Position numbers and translations under genes: made by a program. Shown in pieces: positions 35,391 to 51,323 of a stretch of 64,000 nucleotides of DNA. Location: NCBI RefSeq assembly GCF_022045235.1, contig NW_027266268.1, positions 7,502,001 through 7,566,000 on the forward strand, in the 5' to 3' direction. Each line of letters begins with the position of its first letter. Positions within the stretch are counted from its first letter, which is position 1. Origin of the DNA: Haliotis cracherodii (taxonomy: Eukaryota). Below the pieces are notes generated by a model. It did not search any database, was not told where the DNA came from, and saw only the letters and a list, made by a program, of their open reading frames with translations.

Positions 35391-35391
35391 C
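35180..35391. repeat. Compound (GAT)n/(GAC)n/(GGT)n trinucleotide microsatellite
   Basis: Direct observation; source of the poly-H/poly-I/poly-S ORFs. Confidence 0.95.
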
Positions 35392-36499
35392 ATCCTTCAA
35401 AGTTTCCAGGTTCCCTCACCCCTCACATCCAGCCCCACTCTCCACGTCTTCTTCGTTTCACACTCAGTCGTAATGGAGACGGCGTGGTGATGTAATCTAC
35501 AGCGAGAGCGTTTACAAAACACTGAACTCTTCACAGAGTCAAATAATTCCTAAATGGAAATTATTGATATTAATATGCATTAGACGTGAGTCACAAGTAA
35601 TGAAACAAAACAAGCTATGAAGACCAACGTGCATTCAGCTGTGTGTTTGTTCACCAACACAGCCAGTTATCGAAATTCGGAAAGTTTGCACGCAATCATA
35701 AAAATCGTGCGATCTGTGTTTTAATGAAAGTTCACATATGTCCAGTACAGTACGAACGCTACCTTTCCACGACCTGTTTGAAATTTGCGATTTTTAACAA
35801 AACTTGGCAGCTGGGATATCAATTATTACCTACTAAAACGAAACATGAGTGTAAATCATTCACATGTATTCCCGAATCCAACCTCTCCGACACCCATTAG
35901 CATAGGACATCAAGCGAACCTTATACAAGAGTGCATCCTCTTAATACTATGGTTTATGAGTTTTCGTTTCAGGTAATCTTGTTTTTATACACAGCGCTGA
36001 CAAAATAGAGGTAGCAGTCTTACGGTGATGTCATATAACTGGTGCAGTGCAGAGGACAGTGTTCCAAATGGTGATATTCCTCTCAAACATGGTGCATAAT
36101 GAAAAGGGGATATTATACTCAGATTCTGACCTAATGGTAGCGGCTAATGTTGTCTGCAAATGGTTTAGAATTAACTAAAAGCCTGGCCTTGTGTGTATCG
36201 AGAACGCGAGTGTAACGCGAGCATCCATATTTGGTTGTCAGGACAGCTATACTATCGTGAGTACAACTAATGGTGGATATAAGTCGAATTGACATGGACG
36301 TGTAAGAAGAGGCTTGGCCAGGCAAGGGGGGCGTTGTTAGGTCTATATATCTTGTAATAGCGAGGGAGGGAGTGAATGTTGTTTCATGCCACATTCGCCG
36401 ACATTCCGGGAATATCACAGGATGAATAATCACGACCCAGGAAAACCAAGGATGAAGCGCACGGGTAAAGATCAACGCCGATGCAGTCAGGTCAGGTTA

Positions 36500-37465
36500 G
36501 GGTCCTTTTCTGACACTAAATCCTCACAGAGAGACAAGCACATGTTATTCGGGCCCTAATTTCCTCCTGAATACCAACAGAGAGCCTGCAAATAGTACTT
36601 GGGACCTAATCTGACCCCGAAAACCATGGAGAGACAATCAAAGGGTGATTGGGACCTAATCTGATCCGGAATACCCACGGAGAGACAGCCAAGGGTGCTT
36701 GGGACCTAATCTGATCCGGAATACCCACGGAGAGGCAATCAAATGGTTCTTGGGACCTAATCTGATCCGGAATACCCACGGAGAGACAATCAAAGGGTGC
36801 TTGGGACCTAATCTGATCCGGAATACCCAGGGAGAAACAAGCAAAGGGTCCTTGGGACTTAATCCGATCCGGAATATCCACGGAGAGACAGCCAAGGGGT
36901 GCTTGGGACCTAATCTGATCCGGAATACCCAGGGAGAGACAAGCAAAGGGTCCTTGGGACTTAATCTGATCCGGAATACCCACGGAGAGACAGCCAAAGG
37001 GTTTTGAGGGCCTAATCTGATCCGGAATACCCACGGAGAATCAAACAAAGGGTCCTGGAGACCTAATCTGATCCGGAATACCCATGGAGAGAAAGCCAGA
37101 AGGTACTTGAGACCTAATCTGATCCGGAATGCCCACAGAAAATCAAGCTAAGGGTGCTTGGGATCTAATCTGATCCGGAATACCCACGGAGAGACAAGCA
37201 AAGGGTGCTTGGGGCCTAATCTGATCCGGAATACCCACGGAGAGACAGCCAAGGGTGCTTGGGACCTAATCTGATCCGGAATGCCCACAGAAAATCAAGC
37301 TAAGGGTGCTTGGGATCTAATCTCATCCGGAATACCCACGGAAAGAGAAGCAAAGGGTCCTGGGGACCTAATCTCATCCGGAATACCCACGGAAAGACAA
37401 GCAAAGAGTACTTGGGACCTAATCTGATCCGAAATACCCACGGAGAGGCGCTTGGAACTTAGTCT
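36500..37465. repeat. 50-51-bp minisatellite (GGGACCTAATCTGATCCGGAATACCCACGGAGAGACAAGCAAAGGGTGCTT), ~18 copies
   Basis: Conserved ~30-bp core plus a more variable but homologous ~20-bp part. Confidence 0.95.
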
Positions 37466-37717
37466 GATGAACGGTCTTGGGTCATATTCAAACTAGTTTC
37501 AACAAGTCTTGGATCAAATTCAAAGCTGATGGGCAGCGACTTGCTCAGACCAGTGGGGACCAGTCTATGACCACATTCAAGCCAGTTTCGATCAGTTGTT
37601 GACCAGACTGAACCACTGCCAGGATCAGTTTTTTTAGAATTAAGTAAAACCAGGCCACAGCTTACGACGAATATGATTTCAAAACGAGTCTCTTCAGACT
37701 GTTTGTAGTGTTTGTAT

Positions 37718-38865
37718 ATGTGTAATACAGTCCGGTGGCACAGGGTCTGTGTGTGTGTGTTGTATAGTCTGGTTGTGGTGGACCCGTGTGTGTTGTATAG
37801 TCTGGTTGTAGTGGACCCGTGTGTGTTGTATAGTCTGGTTGTAGTGGACTCGTGTGTGTGTTGTATAGTCTGGTTGTAGTGGACCCGTGTGTGTGTGTTG
37901 TATAGTCACACACACGGGTCCACTACAACCATACCCTACAGCACACACCGGTGTGTGTGTTGCATGGTCTGGTTGTAGTGGACCCATGTGTGTTTTGTAT
38001 AGTCTGGTTTTAGTAGCCCCGTGTGTGTGTTGCATGGTCTGGTTGTAGTGGACCGGTGTGTGCTGTAGGGTATGGTTGTAGTGGACCCGTGTGTGTGTTG
38101 CATGGTCTGGTTTAAGTGGACCCGTGTGTGTGTTGCATGGTCTGGTTGTAGTGGACCCGTGTGTGTTTTGCATGTTCTGGTTGTAGTGGACCCTTGTGTG
38201 TGTGTTGCATGGTCTGGTTGTAGTGGACCCGTGTGTGTGTATTGCATGGTCTGGTTGTAGTGGACCCGTGTGTGTGTATTGCATGGTCTGGTTGTAGTGG
38301 ACCCGTGTGTGTTTTTGTTTTGCATGTTCTGGTTGTAGTGGACCCATGTGTGTGTGTTGCATGGTCTGGTTTAAACGGACCCGTGTATGTGTTGCATGGT
38401 CTGGTTGTAGTTGACCCGTGTGTGTGTTGTATAGTCTGGTTGTAGTGGACCCGTGTGTGTTTTGCATGTTCTGGTTGTAGTGGACCTGTGCGNNNNNNNN
38501 NNNNNNNNNNNNNNNNNNNNNNNNNNNNNNNNNNNNNNNNNNNNNNNNNNNNNNNNNNNNNNNNNNNNNNNNNNNNNNNNNNNNNNNNNNNNNNNNNNNN
38601 NNNNNNNNNNNNNNNNNNNNNNNNNNNNNNNNNNNNNNNNNNNNNNNNNNNNNNNNNNNNNNNNNNNNNNNNNNNNNNNGTCTCTGTGTGTGTCGTACAG
38701 TCTGGTGGGTCTGTCTGGTCTGTATCTGATGGGTCTGTCTAGTCTGTGTGTGTTGCACAGTCTGGTGGTAGTGGGTCTCTCTGTGTGTGTGTCTGTGTGT
38801 CTGTGTCTGTGCCTGTGTCTGTGTCTGTGTTTTTGTATGTGCTTTGTACAGTCTGGTCTGTATCC
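37718..38865. repeat. ~32-38-bp minisatellite with embedded (GT)n (GTGTGTGTTGCATGGTCTGGTTGTAGTGGACCC), spanning a gap
   Basis: Tandem repetition; degenerate after 38680. Confidence 0.9.
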
Positions 38866-41800
38866 TGCGCATGAGTGTCGATATTGTTTCTGATATCTAT
38901 AACATGCACTATTTAACCTGACGGTAATGCATTCCTCGATTGACAGTCTTTGCTTCAGCAATTATTCTTGCAATATCCTATGTTTTAGAAGCCTTTAGAA
39001 GAACTGGTTCACTTATACCTTTATATAACAGGAATGCTTTTGTTACCGGAAGCTGCCCATCTTTGATCAGCAGTGAAGCAAATGTTCGATTTTGATTGGT
39101 TGACGATAACGGTCGTGTGTGTTTGATAAGCTGTCGAGGATTAAAACAACCGGAAAATGGCGATGTTCTCATGTGGAAGATCGATGTTCTTGAAGAGAGT
39201 ACCCGGAAACCAGAAAAGAACATTTCCATTAAATCTGAAAACTGGGTAGAAGAGGTTGGTCACGGACAGAGTTTGTGGTAAATCAGACATCGGAAACGAG
39301 GAGGGTGATGGGCAGTTCTGTCGCGGAGTCGGGGATGTGTTGGGGCGGGGACCTGACGGAATTGTTGTGTGAGGTTGGGATGGGTGAGAATATGGGGGCG
39401 GGGATCTGACCAGAGTGTTGTGTGGGGTTGTGATTGGTGAGAATATTGGGAGACAAGGAGTTAGATAAATAAAAAGTCCACACGCATACATTCGCGCAGA
39501 ACGTCTCCAAGTTCCAAATACATTTTGGAGATCCTCGGTGTATGACCCCCGGCTGTCCTGAGGATGTCTCGTTTGTATAACGAATTCTTAATCATGTAAC
39601 CGTGTAAAGACGTCGAGGTCTACGTTTGTCCAAAGGACATGGATTGAGAACCACAATACAAAACTTATCTTAATTAGAAGTTTTCGTCATGTTGATACTG
39701 CTTATGATATTCCAGAACCAGAAATCACTTTATGTATTTATTTTATCATGCAAGTTCCCATGGCCATTCTTGATATTATTATGTTTTATCATTTCACATT
39801 TATATCATCGCTTAAGTTTAATCAGTACGGTATTTTTATTGCCTTGGTCTTCATACATTTACTATTTCCACGTTATTAATGTTATTAGCAATGCTTCATG
39901 CCATATCTTGAAGATAACGCTTTCGAAAATAAATCAAATTTTCTCCAGGCTGACATTCCACAGCGTAGATATTTTTATGCTTCTGATTAAAATTTGAGAT
40001 TACTAAATGTTAATAGTTCATAAGTTCTTCGAGATAGTTTGAAGAATAACTTCAGGCTGTTTTTACGTTTGATTATCCTGGATAATGTGTTTTCGGGCCA
40101 CACACCTGAACGATTAATTATAGCAGACATTGCTGCAATCATCATGTCAGATAACATCAAACCCTTTGTCTTATCAAGTCCATAGTAATTTGTTAATAGT
40201 GCACCTCTTTAAGATAACATTTCATGGGAGGAAAATATGAATTTCGTTTGATTGAAAATTTTAAATGTTGATTAAATATGTAAACAGATTATTTTTCTGG
40301 ATTCTTGTTTATCCAATTGAAATAAGGAATTATCAATTAGCATGTATTTCTTGCGTTCTAAAAGAATTGATATTTGAACCGAGGATGGCATATAATCTAA
40401 GATGATAAGAATATTTGAGATGATGAAAAGATTGTAGATTGTACCACGATATTTCTCTTTCGTCAAGATTATTAAATTTGGGTATTAACAAAAATCAATT
40501 GATGAATATCACTTATTCATATTACGTTTGATTTATTTCTAGATACACATACTGTGTTTTCAATGTAGAGTTAGGTTACTTGTAGCTGTAACCGAGCTAA
40601 ATTGTATTTGAAGTACGATAGTATAAATTTAAGGTTAAACTGGGTCTTGGTGTTATCTGCGAGCGCTATGACCACTAGGCTACCTTGTATGCAAGCGTTT
40701 ATTATATCATTTGAAGGGAACTGTAACGAGTGGGGTTTTTTCAGCCTACACTCACGTATGGTGAAGGAAATGTTTTAAAATTATTCTGTATTGGAATATG
40801 TAGGGTTAAAGGGATAAAAAATTAGCTTTTTTTATTTCTGATGTGAATGTATTTTTAATCACACTGTTAATAATATATGTAGGAGGACAATAACCAAGTG
40901 CTGAATGTGTCCGTGAAAGGTTCTTCGCACCGCATTGATACGCCAAGCTGATGAGTACAAAACACATACAACGAAAGACGGATCTAATTATGATAAAATT
41001 GTTCCCATAAGATTGAGAGACATGAAAAAGATCTAAGGTAATGTTTCCTACAGAGCCCATTTCGCGCATCGCATTTAGAAATTCGGTAATTCCGTCGTAA
41101 TGTGTAACCATATTGAAAGAAGCTCTTTCCGAGGGTCCATAGACCGATTACCATTCAGAGGTATCTATATGAAAGACTACTTGCAGATGGCTTTGCACCT
41201 AATTAACGTTTCTCTGAAATAACTTGGTACTATTCTCTTCCCAACAGCTTCACACATTCAAGGCAATAATTACACGACTAAGTGGGAAATATTGAGGAGA
41301 AATATTATGCAGGCGAATCATCGTCCTCAGAAATTACAAGGCCGATTGACAATTGGAAGAACCCCTTCACCAACATTCAAACCTTTGATGTTAGAACGAG
41401 CACTTGAGTTTTTTCAAAACTCCTTGCACCGAAAGAGCCGAGTCCTACTCTCTTTGAGTCGGCCATATTGATGTGCAAGATGGTGGTTAATGGCGGTCTG
41501 TCGGCAGGCGTATTGCACAACGGTCGCGGATTGATCGACGAGTAAGTGGTTAACACGTCCCCTCTCTCCCTACTTAACACAAAAGTGGTAATGTGCAATT
41601 AGAGGGAAAATGATACTGTCTTTACTGAATAAACACACGACTGGGAGCTCTATTCTTTCGAGTACATAATGGACACAAAAATCTACGGACGACTGTTCGG
41701 GCCAAGATAAAGCATGCCCTAGAATGTCGCTGTGGCTTTTAAGGCGTTTTTAAGACGTCTACTCCTCCAGACACTGGACGAAAGCATGTAGTTGCTATAT

Positions 41801-42917
41801 GATACAAATTAAAAGGTTTCGGGTCTGAGAATATTGACCTGTTAGTGTTTGCGTTAGTTTTCAACGCCCCTAATGCGTTGCCATACAATGAATCAATCCA
41901 ACTTAGCCATCCATCAGGGAGGTTTTAGCACTTAGATCTAGTTCGCCATCTTCTCAAATTCAAATGTAAATTTCCGGATTTCTCGGCTGGGGGCATGTCG
42001 CAAGGATGTCGCTCTTAAGAGGGGCACAACAACATAAATGACTTAAGAAGATAAAAGCTTGCTTTCAAGTAAATTTTGATGGTTTTTAAGCTTAATTTTA
42101 GATATTTCGGGGGCAAATGGATTCTCACGCGCTCTGGCTGACATTTAAATTGGATGCTTTGCGCATGCCCAGACATATAAGTTGGTAAGTGCGGATTAAG
42201 AAAATCCCATGTGTAAATAATTTTTACGGAAGGTCTTCTTGCATCCTTGTCACCGAAGTCGGGCCATTATGAAGCCTGCTTATGAGCCATTTATAAGCAT
42301 TTGGCGCTTTTACCCAGTAGCAACTTATCGGCAGGGATCGCCTCACACTAATACACTACAGGATAGAAAAGCTTGCAGACCGAACACCGGCTAATGGATA
42401 CAATGTCACGTGATGTACGCGAGACGTCTTCATGTCTGACGAGGGCGCTTGTAAGTGTCGATGTGTGTGCACTGTTATATAATGGTTGATGAAATGGCAC
42501 ATTTCTTGAAGAAAAAAGTGTATTGTTTGGAAGATGTTTTTTCTTTTTAAGTGTGATTTAGGATTTTTTTTAAATATTCGTCGTCTATAATTATATTATC
42601 AATTTGTGATATTCAGTTCAAATCTGATTTGGGGAATTAAATATTCACGAACTATAAAAATGGTGTAAAAAAATGTTTCCGAGTTTTAAAAAACACATGA
42701 ATTACCAAACAAGGAAATAATGATGACGTGTGTGACACTACGCACCTTCTATACTTTGGATACCGTGAAACCCCGTTTATGCGGAAAACCAATCTTTCTG
42801 AACTATTCCAATGGGGGCGTCTACATTCATACGCATGTTCTTTCCCGGAAGCCATGCTCCGTTAAATCATGAAATGTGTCAATCCAGACGATGCAACATG
42901 GAACGGTTAACTATATA

Positions 42918-43690
42918 TCGTGATATAACCCATATTCAAGGCTGCCTATATTTCTATTATTGTCCATATTCAAGGCAGTCATGATATTACCTATATTCAA
43001 GGCTGCCTATATTTCTATTATTGCCCATATTCAAGGCAGTCATGATATTACCTATATTCAATGCTGCCTATATTTCTATTGTTGCCCATATAAAGGCAGT
43101 CATGATATTACCTATATTCAATGCTGCCTATATTTCTATTATTGCCCATATAAAGGCAGTCATGATATTACCTATATTCAAGGCTGCCTATATTTCTAGT
43201 ATTGCCCATATTCAAGGCAGTCATGATATTACCTATATTCAATGCTGCCTATATTTCTATTGTTGCCCATATAAAGGCAGTCATGATATTACCTATATTC
43301 AATGCTGCCTATATTTCTATTATTGCCCATATAAAGGCAGTCATGATATTACCTATATTCAAGGCTGCCTATATTTCTATTATTGCCCATATTCAAGGCA
43401 GTCATGATATTATCTATATTCAATGCTGCCTATATTTCTATTGTTGCCCATATAAAGGCAGTCATGATATTACCTATATTCAATGCTGCCTATATTTCTA
43501 TTATTGCCCATATAAAGGCAGTCATGATATTACCTATATTCAATGCTGCCTATATTTCTATTATTGCCCATATAAAGGCAGTCATGATATTACCTATATT
43601 CAAGGCTGCCTATTTTTCTAGTATTGCCCATATAAAGGCAGTTTTGATATTACCTATATTCAAGGCAGTCATGATATTACCTATGTTTCG
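42918..43690. repeat. 60-61-bp minisatellite built from CCTATATT sub-repeats, ~12 copies
   Basis: GCCCATAT(TC/A)AAGGCAGTCATGATATTACCTATATTCAA(G/T)GCTGCCTATATTTCTATTRTT. Confidence 0.95.
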
Positions 43691-46600
43691 AGCATTACCC
43701 ATTTTGCCGTTATTCGTTTCATTACCTATATTCGTGATATTGCCCCGAGATTGGTAATGTTACTGTTAATCTCTATTTATCAATCTAAAAAAACTCAACA
43801 TTTACTACAAAACAAATGAACAATACGGGCGTAAGCGGGGTGCAATCCAAGGAGACTGAACTCTCTGTCTCTTGATGTGTTTAACTTTAACGTATTAAAC
43901 CCAAGAATGCGTACAGTTCCTATAGAATGCAACCAGGAAGTCTTCAAGAGAGTAAAACAAAGCCCTCCTCGGTCCACTTTTGACAGCCCTTTCCCATAGA
44001 AGTCCTTCCTTTTCATCCGCCTTTTAAAATTGATCCGGATTAAAGGAACCGGGACGAGAAACTGTTCACTTAACGTATTGTCGAGCTGTCGGAATTGCGC
44101 TGTGGTGACTACAGTGTCACGTGGGTAGGTCACGTGGATCTCGCGCACTGTTATAAGAGTGGAAAGTAGGTTCGTTAAAGATTTTTTTAGTCAGCTTGTT
44201 AGTTCATACGGCAGAAACAGCTGCACCCGCGGAGATATTAACTAGGTTTATTTACAGACTAATTATAATCAATGTAATCAAACAGAAAAAGGGGAACATG
44301 CAGACAAATAAAAGTACGACGACTCATTAAAACTGGTCAAAGTAATTGGACATTTTACTAGAAGCACACTCAACAAAACAAGCTTCTGTTAATGTTCCCA
44401 GATGGGTGAACGTACCGGGAGGAGGGTGTTTACTTATAAGCTTACACTAATGGTATCAAAGATCACCAAGTTTTTGCAGGGATCGTGTTCACGTGTCCGA
44501 TATGTTTAAAGGTTTGGCAAGTGTTCTATAATGGCACCTTGCAGCACAGATGTTAATTATCGTTACAACCCTGACGTCTTGGTACTTTCGGTAATACTAT
44601 TTGGCTGATTATTGCTTGTCTTGTAAAATCAGACAAAATTGAAATAAACGGGCGAAACTACATACATACCCAATTGGAATTCGTTCCTCCAACAGGGTGC
44701 CTTTTCAGAGAGAGAGCAATTATTTTTTATCAAAGGGACATAATAGAATTTAATGTTTTTTCTTCCCCTTGAGAAGCGTGCTTGGATCTGTTTTACTGGG
44801 AGTCTCTGATTAAATTTGTTCAGTAGTTTCTGATGATGGCCTTAAACCTTATGTAATTATCGCCTAACGGCTAATCTGGTTCGCGCCCCCTGTGATCAGT
44901 CACCGGCACCAATGGTCGTTCCTTGCCAGTTGCAAATTTCACAGCACCGCGAGTACATTTTTCGGTTTGATGCGTCAGCCATGTTGGAATTAAAGAGCAT
45001 CGTATGTCTCCAGCCTTTGGCAGGAAAACCCTGTTACAAGCTCTTTATATTCACCGTCAAATTAAAGGATTTGATCTCCAATTAGGAAGATTCTCCAAAT
45101 TAGCACCATATACCTTCTGACCGAGTTAAATCAGTGAAATGTGCTAAGAGCTAAGGTGAGGGGCGGAAGACCACGTGACAAAAATGGTTGCTTGACGTCT
45201 GCTAATCGAGCGCATGGTGGTAATGACTGGCCCGATTGTTGAAAAACGTTGAAAATAATAGGAGATTTTGCACCTGATTTGGCTAGAGAGCGCGACAGTT
45301 AGGAATCAGGGCCCCACTAGGCATTTGTCGCTGGTTAATCAAGAACGATGTTTCAGATATCGCGTCTGTGAAGTAATTAGCCTGCTCACAACCCCCTTCG
45401 CCATCGGCCATAATTAGACCGAGTATTTCCACGATCAAAAGGTATTCGTCGGTCGCCGTGTAGTTTACAATTTAAAAGTGTATAAAAAAGAATGGCGTTG
45501 TCTCCCGTGCTTGCTCGAGGCCCCAGAAGCAGGGAGCGGGGAAGGGCGGACAGATTCCCATGGCGCGGAAATATAAATGTCCGCTTTTTGTGTCTGTTGA
45601 AATCAGAGGGTGTGAAATTTAGTCAATGGATTAAAACATTTGATCCTCCGGTTTAGTACCATTGTGCCTCCAGCGCAATGTGCCTATGTACAACAACGTG
45701 CAGGCACGCTGGGATATGCACCAACACCCCCTTCTACACGCGGGAATGGACTGTACCAAAGTACCAGCTTTTCCATGTATGACATAACAATGAAGTAGAA
45801 TAAAAGATGTTTCAATTTTTTTTTATTCCACTTGTAACAATAACAAGACAGGCTGCATATATTCAATGTTTGTACAAGTTGATGAAGTTGACTAAAGTTC
45901 ACTGACACAAGGTTACAGTTGCTGTAGCTTGATCAGCTGACCAGTGGTATCGAGAGGCTGCAGTGAGATGACCCCGGTGGTCAGCTGGTCGAGAACACGA
46001 AGGGTTCGCTGCAGATAACTAGTAACTTAAGTGCAGGGGGAAGTTGATGTCACTGTCAGTTATATTCCAGCTGTATCACCATAATCAAAATTGGGTCAGA
46101 CCAACCAGAGGTTATGAACACCGTCATGATAAACNNNNNNNNNNNNNNNNNNNNNNNNNNNNNNNNNNNNNNNNNNNNNNNNNNNNNNNNNNNNNNNNNN
46201 NNNNNNNNNNNNNNNNNNNNNNNNNNNNNNNNNNNNNNNNNNNNNNNNNNNNNNNNNNNNNNNNNNNNNNNNNNNNNNNNNNNNNNNNNNNNNNNNNNNN
46301 NNNNNNNNNNNNNNNNNNNNNNNNNNNNNNNNNNNNNNNNNNNNNNNNNNNNNNNNNNNNNNNNNNNNNNNNNNNNNNNNNNNNNNNNNNNNNNNNNNNN
46401 NNNNNNNNNNNNNNNNNNNNNNNNNNNNNNNNNNNNNNNNNNNNNNNNNNNNNNNNNNNNNNNNNNNNNNNNNNNNNNNNNNNNNNNNNNNAGTATGGCG
46501 GTCGGGGTGGGGTGGGGGTGGGTTTTATACGTGTGTGGGGGAGGAGGTGTTGGTGTCGTTGTACTGGGGACCGTCTCAGTCCTGAAATGCCCATGGGCAC

Positions 46601-46829
46601 TCTGTAATATACACTATGGCGGCCTGGGGGAAGTCGAGTCTGGACAAGATAAACCAGTTGAAGCATGATGTGACATAATCAGACAGGTTCCACTCTGTAA
46701 CTACTCGATCAAGCTTAGCCTGCTGTTGTGGAATCATGGGAACAATCCGCCCCGGAGGAACCCCCACTGTAGCTTGGCATGTCAGTACAGGTCACATGAC
46801 TTTTCTATTTGCCATGACCCCTGGTTACA

Positions 46830-46951
46830 GTGAGTGAGTTTGGTTTTACACAACACTCAGCAGTATTCCAGCAGTTTCATAGCGGGGACACTGCAACCCG
46901 CAAATGCAGCATGACAAGTGAACGTTTTAACCAGTCGGCTACAAACCGCCA
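46830..46951 (-). mobile_element. SINE family C, degenerate and deleted
   Basis: GTGAGTGAGTTTGGTTTTAC...CAGTATTCCAGC...GAACGTTTTAACCA. Confidence 0.6.
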
Positions 46952-47989
46952 CAATATCCTCACAGACTCAACCAGTGGATGACGGGGGTAACACAATGAT
47001 GGCAGACTTGTGTCCAGACAACTGAGTCTGGAGATGCGCATGGGATCGCCTTCGAAATTCACGCTAGTCCGCTAGCCAGAGACTCCGAAATTGTGCTGAA
47101 GACAAGCAAAAATCCGATAATGGTAGTTCTCATGGAGTAGTAGTCTTTGAGGGCTATAATCCTGAACCAGTTCTCAATCTTCAATTTTGCTACAAAACTC
47201 AGATAGAAATGGAACCATTTTTAACATTTTTGTTTCGTTCAAGCATCACCAGCTTCAAACTCTGAGGACAAGTGAAGCAGAGTTACACTGATCTAAGGCT
47301 GTGGGGCCAGTGTTATACAGTCGTATACTGAATACGTAAAAACACAGCGAGTCCAGTGAGGTTTTCACTGATGATGACGATAACACCGGTGTTGACGTCC
47401 ACGTCGGAGGTTACGTCAAAGTCAACGTCAACGTCCACGTGCCTTCGTTCATATGAGGGGTTTGGCTCTGCTATATACTGTTTCTCTATGAAGTGTTTGA
47501 TATTTTGAGTGTGAGTATTTCAGCCGCATGCAGCATTGTCACTGTTATATCATGGCGTCTTGTAAATAATCGAGCCTTTTAGACGTTGTCTATTGTGATA
47601 GACAAATGACAAGATTAATATGCACTATATTGTTAGCAGTCAAACAAATTTGGTTTCAGATTACTAAAATCAACAAATATTTGTCGGAGATTTCCATTTT
47701 GCCCGAGCTAGCCCCATGTAACGTGCTTAAATGTACAGGTGCGTGCGTGTATTCGCTGGCAGTGGGTTCGAATGCCAAATTTGCCTGGACAACAATGGTT
47801 CTTGGTATGTCCGCATCAAACTCGTTCTCGTGGTTTCACACAAGTGATTAACTAAATTATCACTCTCATCACTTCGGGTTGAAACGCGCACAAAACGGTG
47901 TTAAAACAAACGCGTGCGCCCTTGATACCACAAATATTGCTCAAATAACGCAATGGGACTGTATTTTCGGGGGGGGGGGGGGGGGGGGG

Positions 47990-48126
47990 GTTCGCTCGTC
48001 ACACCGAAGACCCAGGTTTGATTCCCTACATGAGTACAATCTGTGAAGCCCATATCTGCTGTTGCCCCGCCGAGATATGGCTGGAATATCTCTAACAGCG
48101 GCGTAAAAACATACTCACTCACTCTC
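47990..48126 (+). mobile_element. SINE family C, 5' end replaced by poly-G
   Basis: GTTCGCTCGTCACACCGAAGACCC...AGCGGCGTAAAAACATACTCACTC. Confidence 0.85.
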
Positions 48127-48766
48127 ATTCTTTCATGTCAGGCACAACGCAACACAAGTATTGTTTTGTTGGCTTCATTGACGGTGATCATCAGTCAGTG
48201 GCCTGGGTTTACCAGATCCGTCCCCTGAACTCTACGTTTTGTTGTAAGGACAGTTCGGACACCGGGTGGTCAGGCTTAGTTGATTGCGTGTCATTGCCAA
48301 TAGTAAAATCCACGATAATTTCATTTCAAATACAGCAGACAGGCCCTTGAGATGACAATGTTTCTATGAACAAATGGCGCGTTTGTTATTTTGCTAAAGC
48401 GTGGCATTTAAAATCATATTAAAAATAAATTATATTTTGATTAATCTTGTCAAATATAATAATTGGATTGTTCTGGCTTTGTCTATGACCTGGTAGCAAC
48501 TTGCTGGGTGTGTTTACATCTGATAACCCACACATGGCTGCAGTACAAGGAAGGGGCCAGATCCGGATATCTCATGCTGTGCACACACCCCGCCAGTAAG
48601 TCGCACTGATACACGTGTTGGGAAAATTAAAATTTAGATAATATGTTTAAATATTTCTCGATCAGTTCATTAATTTGGATGATTGCTTTTCAAATCAGGT
48701 CTGTTTGTGTGGTAAATCTCGAAGATGATATGTTCATTAAGGGCGAGCCGGATCGCGCCGTGTTTT

Positions 48767-48905
48767 AGGCATGGCCTGGTGGTAAAAGTGGTCGCTCGTC
48801 TCCCCGAGGACCCGAGTTCGATTCCCGACATGGGTTACATATAAGACCCGTTATTGATGTTGTTGGTATAATGCTCCAGGCTACCTGAACCCAACTCACT
48901 CACTC
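48767..48905 (+). mobile_element. SINE family C, degenerate
   Basis: TGGCCTGGTGGTAAAAG...GAGTTCGATTCCCGACATGGGT. Confidence 0.7.
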
Positions 48906-48980
48906 TATACTCTTACATATACATACCGCGCGCGTTTATACTGGAAACGGAACGAAAATTCCATGTTTCCATGAAGATTT

Positions 48981-49141
48981 GGGTTGTGGGGTAGCCTAGT
49001 GGTGAAAGCGTTCGCTCGTCACACTGAAAAATCGGGTTCGATTGCCCACATGGGTACAATGTGTAAATCCCTTTTCTAGTGTCCACCGCCGTGATATTGT
49101 TGGAATCTAATTGCTAAAAGAGGCGTAAAAGTATACGCACT
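48981..49141 (+). mobile_element. SINE family C, near full length
   Basis: GGGTAGCCTAGTGGTGAAAGCGTTCGCTCGTCAC...GGGTTCGATT...GGCGTAAAA. Confidence 0.85.
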
Positions 49142-49483
49142 ATGTAGATTCGATAAATATCTAATACATACTTACGTAAATACAATGTTTTCAGAAAATA
49201 TAGCTTAGTGAAGGTTTTAAGTCAATCGGAACACACAGCGTTTCTCAGATCATCCTACGCCCAGTCTGAGATGCACCTCGACACAGGCAGTTTGTGGTGG
49301 AGACGAGGTGCGCGTGCTCTCCAATTATGACCGCGCTGTTGTTTACATATGCCATGAAACCTAATGATTCAGAAAGGGAAGTGTGTAATTTGTTTGAAGT
49401 ATTTAAGTGCAAGTTTTGAAACAGGAACGACATGTGGCATTCTCGGATGTTTAAACTTCATCACTTGCTTCAGGGAATCAATT

Positions 49484-51323
<1,840 letters not shown>

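Noticed and set aside
35110-35419. Poly-His / poly-Ser / poly-Ile ORFs
   Set aside because: Translation of a compound trinucleotide microsatellite; no supporting coding context.
36599-37447. CRISPR-like pattern of a conserved ~30-bp core with variable ~20-bp intervals
   Set aside because: The intervals are homologous to each other, there are no cas genes and the context is eukaryotic: an ordinary minisatellite.
39096-39281. 61-aa ORF with protein-like composition
   Set aside because: No convincing splice sites or recognisable motif; the length is within chance.
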